DNA of 64,000 nt. It comes from a virus. Under the pieces are notes generated by a model, which did no database searches, was not told the DNA's origin, and saw only the letters and a program-made list of their open reading frames with translations. The position numbers and the translations under genes are program-made. The first letter of the stretch is position 1; each line of letters starts with the position of its first letter. Below are positions 44,481 through 53,985 of the stretch, piece after piece. The stretch lies in the IMG/VR virus record IMGVR_UViG_3300041586_000126, positions 1-64,000 of that record; one strand, given 5' to 3'.

Positions 44481-44663
44481 ATGAGAAACAAAAATTTATT
44501 TGAGAAAAAATTATTACAAATATCATCAACTCTAATAGAGCTTAAACGTATGACTAGTGATTCTAGAGAATCCGTTTCAAGTTTTATTAAAAAAATTGAA
44601 TCTACCGAAGGGGTTGTTGAGGATTTACAATCAATGGTTGAGCAGGATAATACAATTAGTTAA
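44481..44663 (+). CDS. Small coiled-coil protein
   Basis: ORF after an early promoter. Confidence 0.55.
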   Translation: MRNKNLFEKKLLQISSTLIELKRMTSDSRESVSSFIKKIESTEGVVEDLQSMVEQDNTIS

Positions 44664-44680
44664 ATTAAAAATAATAAGTT

Positions 44681-45457
44681 ATGATATTTACACCAGAACA
44701 AATCCAATCTAATTGGGAAGAATTTTTAGGCAATATTTCAGACTATATAGCAGAGCCTAGACAACAAAAATTACTTGACTTTTATAAAAAATTTGAAGAC
44801 CGTGTAATACTAATGCCCGCGGCCAATCATAAAAAATATCATTCGGCATTTCCTGGAGGATATGTTGACCATGTCAATAGGGTTGTTAGGGGCGCATTAG
44901 CCACATCTGATATGTGGGAGAGTTTTGGTTGTGATATGTCTACCTTTACTAAGGAAGAATTAGTATTTTCAGCAATAAATCATGATCTGGGTAAAATGGG
45001 TTCCGAGGAACATGAAGCATATATACCTCAGACAGATAAATGGCGTAAAGAAAAATTGGAGGAAGATTATACTTTTAATACAGCTTTACCATTTGCATCG
45101 GTTCCAGATAGAGGATTATTTTTACTACAACAGCATGATGTTAAATATAGCTTTAATGAGATGGTAGCAATCCAAACCCATGATGGAATATATGACCCCG
45201 CTAATGAAAAATATCTAAAGGGATTTATGCCAGAAACCAAACCTCGTACATCTTTACCTTTCATTTTACACCAAGCAGATATGATGGCTGCAAGGATTGA
45301 ATTTGAAATTGAATGGTTGCCTAAATTTTCTAAGCAGGAGAAAAAGGTTTTAAATAAACCAGAACAATCTAAACAAACCAACCCAACAATTAAAACTAAA
45401 GCTTTTAGTAAGGTAGGTAGTGTAGGGTTAATGAATATGTTAGATACTATCACATAA
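44681..45457 (+). CDS. HD-domain phosphohydrolase
   Basis: H.AFPGGYVDH, HDLGK, HDG, HQAD. Confidence 0.88.
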   Translation: MIFTPEQIQSNWEEFLGNISDYIAEPRQQKLLDFYKKFEDRVILMPAANHKKYHSAFPGGYVDHVNRVVRGALATSDMWESFGCDMSTFTKEELVFSAINHDLGKMGSEEHEAYIPQTDKWRKEKLEEDYTFNTALPFASVPDRGLFLLQQHDVKYSFNEMVAIQTHDGIYDPANEKYLKGFMPETKPRTSLPFILHQADMMAARIEFEIEWLPKFSKQEKKVLNKPEQSKQTNPTIKTKAFSKVGSVGLMNMLDTIT

Positions 45458-45572
45458 CTTATTAAAAATAATGTGGATACGTCAAATAGGGGTTGTATGT
45501 TACCGGTAGAACATAACCCCCTTATAAACAAATATCATTTGTCAATGTAAGATTAAAAAGCATTAAATACTT

Positions 45573-45845
45573 ATGATACTTAAAATAGTTATTATATTAG
45601 GTGTATTGGTCGTTATCTTAGGATATACGACCTTTAACTTATTCCGAAAATACGGCAAATTAATGGACATTGTAATATCCCAAAATAAATTTCTTAATAA
45701 AATAGAAGAAAACATTACATCCAGTAATAACCGTTTAAAAAAAATAGATGAAAAAGGATCTTTTGAAAGCGATGATGAAATAGGTTGGTTTTTCAATGAG
45801 ATTAAAGATATTCAAAATAATTTATTACAGTTTAGAAAAAGTTAA
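45573..45845 (+). CDS. Membrane protein
   Basis: N-terminal TM helix; GSFESDDEIGWFF. Confidence 0.7.
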   Translation: MILKIVIILGVLVVILGYTTFNLFRKYGKLMDIVISQNKFLNKIEENITSSNNRLKKIDEKGSFESDDEIGWFFNEIKDIQNNLLQFRKS

Positions 45846-45847
45846 TA

Positions 45848-46561
45848 ATGGAGGAAATAAAAAAAACACGCAAACCTAAGAGCAAAAATTACTTCACCCA
45901 GGATACTGAAAATGCTATTGTATTATATAATAATACTGAGTGTTCTGATATGAGAAGTAGAATATACGATAAAGAAATCCACTATGCATTCTTTAAACTT
46001 ACTCAAAATATCATTCATACTTTTAAATTTTATCACACTGAAGTAGAAAATTTAGAACACCTACAACATGAGATAATTATTTTTCTTTTATCAAAGATCC
46101 ATAAATTTGACCCAACACGAGGTACTAAGGCGTATTCCTATTTTGGTACTATAGTAAAACGTTGGTTAATATTATATACCACTAAGAATTATTCTAAAAA
46201 GATAAAAAAAGTACCCATCGATATATTAATGGATGAAAACTCGACCCATACTTGTAAAATTGGTGACGAAGAAGTCAAAACAGATCTTGACAAATATATT
46301 GAAATCTATTTGGAGCATGTTACTAAAAACATTTATACATTTTTCCCAAAAAAGAATGATGCTCAAATTGCGGATGCTATATTAGAATTATTTCGTAAAA
46401 GAGAAATTATTGAGATATTTAACAAAAAAGCACTTTATATTTACATTCGTGAGATAGTTGATGTAAAAACTCCTAAAATTACCAAAATAGCTAATAAGTT
46501 ACACGTTATTTTTAAACAACAATACATACCTTTTTTAGAAAATGGGTATGCTAAATTCTAA
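45848..46561 (+). CDS. Putative late sigma factor (gp55-like)
   Basis: KNYFT, KFDP.RG.KAYSYFGTIVKR region-2-like motif; precedes the structural module. Confidence 0.65.
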   Translation: MEEIKKTRKPKSKNYFTQDTENAIVLYNNTECSDMRSRIYDKEIHYAFFKLTQNIIHTFKFYHTEVENLEHLQHEIIIFLLSKIHKFDPTRGTKAYSYFGTIVKRWLILYTTKNYSKKIKKVPIDILMDENSTHTCKIGDEEVKTDLDKYIEIYLEHVTKNIYTFFPKKNDAQIADAILELFRKREIIEIFNKKALYIYIREIVDVKTPKITKIANKLHVIFKQQYIPFLENGYAKF

Positions 46562-46577
46562 TTCCTTTCTACTTTCA

Positions 46578-46587
46578 TATTTATAAT
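46578..46587 (+). promoter_or_regulatory. Putative late promoter TATTTATAA
   Basis: Recurs upstream of ATGs at 194, 30538, 40389, 40995, 46578, 49690, 59200, 63786. Confidence 0.55.
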
Positions 46588-46594
46588 AAAAATT

Positions 46595-46948
46595 ATGGGA
46601 GCATTAGATAGCGTTATATTTGGTGATAAAAAATTTTCAGATATATTAAGTGAAATATATAATAATCAAAAATCCAAACAACAACAAATTGGGGGGCTTA
46701 TTTCAGAATTAAAACCTCTTATTAAAGATATAGGAGATGCAACTCTACTTGTACCCCTTATTAAAGAATATATGGAAATAGGTGTTCGTAATGATGAACA
46801 GCTAATCAAAATGGCTACTATTATACAACGTGTAGTTAACAATTCAAGCAGCGATGATGCCTCAGGTATAACAGATGCTGAAAAAGATCAATTAATGGCT
46901 GAACTTGATAAACTTAATGAAAATTACGAAGCCAATAAAGATAAATAA
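46595..46948 (+). CDS. Hypothetical protein
   Basis: VPLIKEYMEIGVRNDEQL.K.A.I.QR; first gene of the late block. Confidence 0.7.
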   Translation: MGALDSVIFGDKKFSDILSEIYNNQKSKQQQIGGLISELKPLIKDIGDATLLVPLIKEYMEIGVRNDEQLIKMATIIQRVVNNSSSDDASGITDAEKDQLMAELDKLNENYEANKDK

Positions 46949-48240
46949 TGTTAAAAACAGGCATATCATATTTAAATAACTCGGCAACATCCAATATGGA
47001 CAACTCACAGTTGTCTAACCTTAATAGTGGTGATTTTATTGTAGCTCGAGTACTTGATATCTCTATAAATAGCGACTCAGAAATATTTTCTATTACAGGG
47101 GGGTGGAGTGGGATTGGCTCTATAAAATTTCAACAAATTACTAAATCACTTTTACCTTCTACTAAAAGTCAGGAAAATACTACCTTTGCAACTCCTTGTA
47201 ATGGACAATTTAAATCTTTTCCACTAGTAAATGAAATGGTACTTATTTTTAAAGGACCTTCTACTAAAAATACTCAAACTACCAACACTAAAACTTTTTA
47301 CTATCTAAATACTTTTTCGCTTTGGAATAACCAACATGCAAACCCCTTCCCTGATGTGTATTTTAATGATATAACATTATCACCTTCTATGAATAAGAGT
47401 AATGCTGATATACAAGCAGGTAGTGTGAGAAAAATATCAAAATCCATAACATCAATAAATCTAAATGGTAATAGTGGGGGTAAGTTCATAGAAAAAGGGA
47501 ACATTCACCCTATTTTACCTTTTGCGGGGGATAGTATATTTGAAGGTAGATTTGGTAATAGTATTAGATTAGGAAGTACTTCCAACAATAACGGACTACA
47601 AAACAACTGGTCGTCTGCAGGAGAAAATGGTGACCCCATTACTATATTTAAAAATGGTCAATCCCCTTTTAATAATTCAAAAGGATTTGAACATATAGTT
47701 GAAAATATAAATACTGATCCTTCATCGATGTATTTAACTTCTACCCAAAAAATACCTATTAGAGTTGCAACGGCAACACAAAACGTAGGTGAAGGAGTTA
47801 CTATACCCTTTAATAATTTAATATCACAAACCCCTATATCCCCACAATCTTTTAACACACCTCAAGTAATACTAAATTCAGAAAGGCTTTTATTCAATAC
47901 AACAGTTGATAGTATAATATTTTCAGCTCAAAAATCGTTTATTGCAGAATCTAAAGAAGATATGGGGTTAAAATCCTTAAAGGGTAACGTAACTTTAGTA
48001 GCTGATAAGGGTGTTGTATCTTTAGGTAAAAAAGATGCAAATCAATCCTCTATTAGAGGTGATGACTTTGCTATTCAATTTGATGCTCTTGTAGGTACGT
48101 TAAAAAATCTATGCTTAGCTCTATCTAAAGAATCATCAACTCCTATTGCTGCATCCGCTTCAGAACTATTAATAAAAACTTTAGAGGGGATACAGCAAGC
48201 AACACCTAATTTTTTGTCTAAACAAGTAAAACTTAATTAA
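46948..48240 (+). CDS. Baseplate hub/spike (gp5/VgrG-like) protein
   Basis: OB-fold FPLVNEMV, GD.IFEGRFGNSIRLGS, beta-helix-like C-terminus. Confidence 0.7.
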   Translation: MLKTGISYLNNSATSNMDNSQLSNLNSGDFIVARVLDISINSDSEIFSITGGWSGIGSIKFQQITKSLLPSTKSQENTTFATPCNGQFKSFPLVNEMVLIFKGPSTKNTQTTNTKTFYYLNTFSLWNNQHANPFPDVYFNDITLSPSMNKSNADIQAGSVRKISKSITSINLNGNSGGKFIEKGNIHPILPFAGDSIFEGRFGNSIRLGSTSNNNGLQNNWSSAGENGDPITIFKNGQSPFNNSKGFEHIVENINTDPSSMYLTSTQKIPIRVATATQNVGEGVTIPFNNLISQTPISPQSFNTPQVILNSERLLFNTTVDSIIFSAQKSFIAESKEDMGLKSLKGNVTLVADKGVVSLGKKDANQSSIRGDDFAIQFDALVGTLKNLCLALSKESSTPIAASASELLIKTLEGIQQATPNFLSKQVKLN

Positions 48241-48241
48241 C

Positions 48242-49684
48242 ATGGTTATTTTTACAGAAAACATGCTACTTGATTTAGGGAAATTATTCTTAAAGACACA
48301 ACAAGGTCAAAATCTTATAGCAAAATCCGAAGGGATTAATAGTGATGTAAAATCATACAAGGCATCGGCCGAGGTTTTAAAAAAATATGTTCCTGAGATG
48401 CAAACCTTTACTACAACTGGTAGGGTATATGATAAACAAACAGGTCTTCCCTTAAAGGGTATTGAAGTAAAACCTCAATTTACTTTATATCCTGTAATTC
48501 GAGTAAAAAGAACAGCTGAGGAACTACTTGAAAAGAAAAATGCAAATAAAGGAGAATATAAATTTATAAAAGATAACAATTCCCCCAATTTTACTAAAAC
48601 AGATGAAGAAGGTAGATTTGAAATTCAATTTTCAATACCCACTCTACCCTCACTAGGTAATAAATCACTAGTTAAACCAACTATTTTTTATAATGAAAAG
48701 GAATATGCACCTGCTATACAAAGTTTAATAAATGGTGATAACGAAATACCCCAAGAATTACCCATATTTGGTTTAATAAATCTAGATTTAGCCTCAAAAC
48801 AATCATTAAGACAAATAGAAGAGGAACTTGCATCTGTATCTGAAAAAGCTGCAAACACCGCTTTGGATGCTACTGAACTATTAATCAATGCAACCAGACG
48901 TAAAGTAATGGGTATGGCTACTGTTATACAAACTAAATTATTCCCATTAGCTTTTCAATTAATGATTCTATTTGGTATAGCTAAAATCGAGCAGGCTTCT
49001 AATAATCAAGAAACTTGTCCTAGTGGTGAAGTATTAAAAAGCATAATTAAAAGAAGAAATAGTGTAGTACGACAATTAAATAACATATATAGTGTTATTA
49101 TAGCTAATACTCTTTTAGCGGGTTTATTATTATATTTGAGTACTTTATTAAAACAATCACAAATATTAATTTCATCTATCCCAATTCCCTTAGGAGCACC
49201 TGTAGGGGTAGGTGTACCTTACTCAGTAGTAGCTAAGCTAGAAGATATAAAAAAACAAATCGACAAATTAATAAATATAGCAGATAATACTAAAAAAGCT
49301 TTGTTAATTTCTTTAGTCTTTTTAATAATATCTTTATTGTTAATTTTAAAATATTTAAAAGCAATTGATGGGTTAATAGATAAATGTACTATAGAGCCTA
49401 ATAGTGGGGAAACCATGATAGAATTAAATGCTGAATTACTAGCATTATCCAGTTTACAAGCGGAGCAAGGAAATCCTGTTATTACTAAAGTAAATGGGTT
49501 TATTATGTCTGTGCAGGTAGTTGATAAATCTAATGTTGACGATTATTTTAGAAGACAAGCAATAGCTAAAAACTCTCAGGGTATTACCATATTAAAAGGA
49601 GAACCTTCATTTAGTGCCGGAGATCAAATATTAATAGACGAATTAGTATTTTATATTCAACAAAACAATTTAAAAGCAGATTAA
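48242..49684 (+). CDS. Hypothetical virion-associated protein
   Basis: ORF in the structural module. Confidence 0.65.
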   Translation: MVIFTENMLLDLGKLFLKTQQGQNLIAKSEGINSDVKSYKASAEVLKKYVPEMQTFTTTGRVYDKQTGLPLKGIEVKPQFTLYPVIRVKRTAEELLEKKNANKGEYKFIKDNNSPNFTKTDEEGRFEIQFSIPTLPSLGNKSLVKPTIFYNEKEYAPAIQSLINGDNEIPQELPIFGLINLDLASKQSLRQIEEELASVSEKAANTALDATELLINATRRKVMGMATVIQTKLFPLAFQLMILFGIAKIEQASNNQETCPSGEVLKSIIKRRNSVVRQLNNIYSVIIANTLLAGLLLYLSTLLKQSQILISSIPIPLGAPVGVGVPYSVVAKLEDIKKQIDKLINIADNTKKALLISLVFLIISLLLILKYLKAIDGLIDKCTIEPNSGETMIELNAELLALSSLQAEQGNPVITKVNGFIMSVQVVDKSNVDDYFRRQAIAKNSQGITILKGEPSFSAGDQILIDELVFYIQQNNLKAD

Positions 49685-49702
49685 TTTAATATTTATAATT
49701 AT

Positions 49703-50104
49703 ATGAAACTAAGTCAATTAAAACAAATAGTAAAAGAAGCCGTAAAAGAGGCAATACAGGAAGAAATGAAAGACATTTTATTGGAAGCAGTACGTTCTTC
49801 TAAACAAACAATTTATGAAAACCAAATGTCTACACCTACAACAAATGTAGTGGCACCAATATCTAACAATTATGAATCATATTCACCACTCCCTGAAACC
49901 GATAGATTGAAACTAAGAGAAAACATGATGAGTGTACTGGATGGAATGAGACCAGGAGCTAACGGTACTCTAAATGCCACTACCTCAAACATTCAACCTT
50001 TACAAATGGTAGGAAGTATGGATACTACAAGCCCAAATGGTCAATTACCTCAAGGAGATGTATCTATAGAAATGATTAATAATATAATGCAAGGAAAAAT
50101 ATAA
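49703..50104 (+). CDS. Hypothetical virion protein
   Basis: LKQIVKEAVKEAIQEE start. Confidence 0.65.
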   Translation: MKLSQLKQIVKEAVKEAIQEEMKDILLEAVRSSKQTIYENQMSTPTTNVVAPISNNYESYSPLPETDRLKLRENMMSVLDGMRPGANGTLNATTSNIQPLQMVGSMDTTSPNGQLPQGDVSIEMINNIMQGKI

Positions 50105-50107
50105 TAT

Positions 50108-50515
50108 ATGGCATTTGGGGCAATACAACAATTTCCAAACGATACCCAACCTAGAGTAGGGATAGGAGTTAATATACCATTTAATGAAGGTGGAGTATTC
50201 ACCCCTAATTACCTAACAGCTACCGCTATTAAAAATAACTTAATAAACTATTTTTTAACAAATCCGGGAGAAAGACCGGGTAACCCATCATTTGGGGGAG
50301 GTTTAAGAGCATTTATTTTTGAGCAAATAGTAAGTGAAAATATAGATTTTTTAAGGGAGGATATTTCAACTAAAGTTGGAATGAAATTCCCAAATATAGT
50401 AATTAATAACTTAGATGTATTACGTTCTGAAGATAGTAATACTATAACAGTACAATTATCTTATATTGTAGTAAACACATCTATTAGAGATGAAATAGTA
50501 TTAAATTTCGCATAA
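50108..50515 (+). CDS. Baseplate protein gp25-like
   Basis: IKNNL.N..LT.PGER..NP.FG..L...IFE. Confidence 0.85.
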   Translation: MAFGAIQQFPNDTQPRVGIGVNIPFNEGGVFTPNYLTATAIKNNLINYFLTNPGERPGNPSFGGGLRAFIFEQIVSENIDFLREDISTKVGMKFPNIVINNLDVLRSEDSNTITVQLSYIVVNTSIRDEIVLNFA

Positions 50516-52356
50516 TGGCAACAAAAAGAAATATAAATTACATAAATAAAGAGTTCTCAGAATTTAGGTCTCAGCTTATTAATTATTCGCAAACCTATTT
50601 TCCAACAACCTATACTGACTTTACAGACTCCTCACCAGGAATGATGTTTATAGAACAAGCTGCTTATGTTAGTGATGTTTTATCTTTTTACTTGGATAAT
50701 CAAGTCCAAGAAAATTTTATGCAATATGTAAGGCAAAGTGATAATTTATATGATTTAGCCTATATGTACGGTTATAAACCTAAAGTAACAGGCTTAGCCG
50801 AAACTACAATGGAATTTTTTCAACAACTCCCTTCTATACAGGTAGGAGATGTTTTCCAACCTGATTATAACTACTGCGTTAATATACCTAGTAATACTGT
50901 CATTACAACCCAAACAGCATCCCCTATAAGTTTTACAATAGAAGATCCTGTAAACTTTTCAGTATCTAGCTCAAATGATCCTACGGAAGTGTCAGTGGCT
51001 CAGATGAATGATAGTCAACCCCTATATTATCTATTAAGAAAAACAAGAAAAGGATTTTCTGGGAAAATTAATACTGAAAGTTTCAGTTTTTCGGCACCAC
51101 AAGAATTTCAAACTATAACTTTATCATCCCCTAATATAGCGGGAATTATAGATGTGATAGATTCAGAGGGTAATAAGTGGTATGAAGTAGACTACTTAGC
51201 TCAAGATTTAGTATATGATAGTTTAAGAAATACTAATATTAATAGTCCTAAAACTTCTGAGGATACTGATACCCCATTTTTACTACAAACTAAAAATGTA
51301 CAAAATAGATTTGCAACTCGTTTTCTGTCTTCTACTCAATTACAAATACAATTTGGGTCAGGTAACCCTTTAAACACCACTGAGGATGTTATTCCTAATT
51401 CTATGAATGTAGGCTTAGGTTTACCTTTCGAACAGAATAAACTAACGGCTGCTTACAGCCCCACTAATTTTATATTTACCAATACCTACGGTGTATCACC
51501 TACTAATACAACCTTAACAATCAGATATTATACTGGAGGTGGGGTTGTTTCGAATGTGTTATCAAATTCCGTTAATTTATTAAATAAAAATGATATTACC
51601 TTTAATACAAGAAGATTAAATTCTAATACTTCAAACTATATATTTAATACCATAGCTGCTAATAATGTAGTAGCGGCGAGTGGGGGGCAAGATGGAGATA
51701 CAATTGAAGAAATTAGACAGAATTCTATTTCTCAATTCTCTACACAAATGAGAAATGTAACTCGAGATGACTATTTAGTAAGAGCATTAAGTATGCCTTC
51801 AAAATATGGTGTAGTATCTAAAGCTTTAACTCAAAAACCTAATGCTGAAAGCTCTAATACTACTTTAGAACTATATGTTTTAACTAATGATTTAAATAAC
51901 AAATTAACAATTTCCTCTAATTCACTAAAAGAAAATCTTCGTACTTATATTAATCAATACCGAATGATTGGCGATACTATAAGCATTAAAGATGCTTTTA
52001 TAATTAATTTTGGAATTCAATTTGAAATAATAACATATCCTAATTTTAATAATAATGAAGTGACTGAGAGGTGTATATCATCTTTACAAGATTATTTCCA
52101 AATAGATAAATGGCAAATTAACCAACCCATAATTTTATCTAGTCTTTTTGTATTACTAGATTCACTAGAAGGAGTACAAACGGTTAGAACAATTACAGTT
52201 GAGAACATAGCAGGAACACTATCTGGATATTCACCTTGGGCTTATGATATGGATGGGGCTAATCAAAATGGTACTATATTCCCATCTCTAGACCCTAGTA
52301 TATTTGAATTAAAATATCCTAACACTGACATTAAAGGAAGAGTAGTAAACATATAA
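50515..52356 (+). CDS. Baseplate wedge protein (gp6/J-like)
   Basis: Y.NKEF..FR..L, DFT..SPG.MFIE, FG.G, GG.DGDTIEEIR, Q.R.VT..DY. Confidence 0.85.
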   Translation: MATKRNINYINKEFSEFRSQLINYSQTYFPTTYTDFTDSSPGMMFIEQAAYVSDVLSFYLDNQVQENFMQYVRQSDNLYDLAYMYGYKPKVTGLAETTMEFFQQLPSIQVGDVFQPDYNYCVNIPSNTVITTQTASPISFTIEDPVNFSVSSSNDPTEVSVAQMNDSQPLYYLLRKTRKGFSGKINTESFSFSAPQEFQTITLSSPNIAGIIDVIDSEGNKWYEVDYLAQDLVYDSLRNTNINSPKTSEDTDTPFLLQTKNVQNRFATRFLSSTQLQIQFGSGNPLNTTEDVIPNSMNVGLGLPFEQNKLTAAYSPTNFIFTNTYGVSPTNTTLTIRYYTGGGVVSNVLSNSVNLLNKNDITFNTRRLNSNTSNYIFNTIAANNVVAASGGQDGDTIEEIRQNSISQFSTQMRNVTRDDYLVRALSMPSKYGVVSKALTQKPNAESSNTTLELYVLTNDLNNKLTISSNSLKENLRTYINQYRMIGDTISIKDAFIINFGIQFEIITYPNFNNNEVTERCISSLQDYFQIDKWQINQPIILSSLFVLLDSLEGVQTVRTITVENIAGTLSGYSPWAYDMDGANQNGTIFPSLDPSIFELKYPNTDIKGRVVNI

Positions 52357-52358
52357 TT

Positions 52359-53528
52359 ATGGCTGTATACAAATTATTTCCCTCACAAGATGCTTCTATA
52401 TATAGTGGTAATCCTTCTATGAACACCGGACTTGATCCTATTTTAGATGTAGCTAACTACGTTACAGATATAAACCCTGTATCCAGAGTAGCAAGATCTT
52501 TAGTTAAGTTTGATCAATCCGAAATAGAAGATGTGATTGATTCAATATCTAAGGTAACAGGTTCTTGGGATAACTGGTCAGGAAGTTTAAAATTAAATGT
52601 AGCTAAGGCAACTAATGTTATTTTAGAATCAAAAATTGAAGTATACCCCATATCAGGCTCATGGAATAATGGTTCTGGGCAACATATGGATAATCCCGTT
52701 AATCATACAGGAACAAGCTGGGTATTTTCAGATTTTTCAGGTTCAAATAAATGGCCAACTTTAAATCTTCCTCCCTTAGTTACATCCTCTTATTCTGGAA
52801 GTAGTAATGCTGGTGGGGGAACCTGGTTTACAGGTTCAGGTGGTTATGATGGGGTTGGTTCTTTAGAATTTACTCAATCTTTTAATTTAAGAAGCAATAA
52901 GGATTTAGATATTAATGTAACAGATGCTTTAAAGGTATGGTACTCTTCATCTAAAAATATAAATGAAGGTTTAACTGAAATACCAAATGAAGGGTTTATA
53001 ATTAAATGGGAAGACAGTAAGGAATTTTCAACAGAAAGATCAATATCCCCCCAATTAAGTTATTACTCTATTGATACTAATACTATTTACCCCCCTCAAC
53101 TAGAAATAAAATGGGATGATTCTGTTTATGAGACTGGGTCTTTAAGTGTAATAGATACCCCACATTTGTTTGTAGCATTGGACAACAACCCGGGTATATT
53201 TTATAGTGAAAGTATAAATAATTTTAGACTAAATGTTCGCCCTGAATTTCCAAAACGTAGTTTTCAAACATCCTCTATTTATACAACTAATTACGCCCTA
53301 CCATCACAATCCCTTTATGCAATTAAAGATTTAGATACTAATGAATTTGTAATAAATTTTGATAAATCATTTACCAACATTAGTTGTGACTCTACTGGAA
53401 GCTTTTTTACTGTTTACATGAGTGGTTTGGAGCCCGAAAGATACTATAGTATATTAATACAGACTAACATAAATGGACAGACCATAGTGATGGATGAAAA
53501 CTACTACTTTAAAGTAGTTAACGGATAG
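52359..53528 (+). CDS. Structural protein
   Basis: D..IY, R.LV.F, W..G.G, T.TIYPP.LE.KW.D, GLEPERYY. Confidence 0.7.
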   Translation: MAVYKLFPSQDASIYSGNPSMNTGLDPILDVANYVTDINPVSRVARSLVKFDQSEIEDVIDSISKVTGSWDNWSGSLKLNVAKATNVILESKIEVYPISGSWNNGSGQHMDNPVNHTGTSWVFSDFSGSNKWPTLNLPPLVTSSYSGSSNAGGGTWFTGSGGYDGVGSLEFTQSFNLRSNKDLDINVTDALKVWYSSSKNINEGLTEIPNEGFIIKWEDSKEFSTERSISPQLSYYSIDTNTIYPPQLEIKWDDSVYETGSLSVIDTPHLFVALDNNPGIFYSESINNFRLNVRPEFPKRSFQTSSIYTTNYALPSQSLYAIKDLDTNEFVINFDKSFTNISCDSTGSFFTVYMSGLEPERYYSILIQTNINGQTIVMDENYYFKVVNG

Positions 53529-53535
53529 ATATAAA

Positions 53536-53985
53536 ATGGAGAATAATAATAAAATAAATTTAGTACGAGAAGTATATTCAAAAACAGGATATCCTAAAAT
53601 AATTGATACAAAATTTAATCAGTTAGGGAATATTTCTGTTAATGAACAACTTAATGCTTCAATTACTGTAGATCAATTTTTTGAAACTTACACTCAATTA
53701 TTTTACGATATCCCCTCTTACGGTAATATAAACTCACATGAATACTTAATCACAACAAGCACAGAATATATTGGTTTTGAAGCAGATAACGCCATTATAA
53801 ACGCATTACAATCAGAAATAACACAATTAAGAAGAGATTTATTACAATCTCAAATTGATATGGCCGAAACCTTATCAGGAAATAATTTGGGTATTGACCT
53901 AAACTCCCTAGAAGATGAAAATCTTCAAGGTAATGCCTTTAAGGAAATTCAATCAAGAATTCAACAATCAACAATAGTTAATTAA
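53536..53985 (+). CDS. Structural protein
   Basis: FF..Y..LFYDIP..G..NSHEYL. Confidence 0.65.
   Translation: MENNNKINLVREVYSKTGYPKIIDTKFNQLGNISVNEQLNASITVDQFFETYTQLFYDIPSYGNINSHEYLITTSTEYIGFEADNAIINALQSEITQLRRDLLQSQIDMAETLSGNNLGIDLNSLEDENLQGNAFKEIQSRIQQSTIVN

Noticed and set aside
3944-49416. Minus-strand ORFs antisense to long genes (e.g. 3944, 8988, 11256, 11961, 13306, 16049, 19413, 28311, 41259, 45067)
   Set aside because: Shadow frames of well-supported plus-strand genes.
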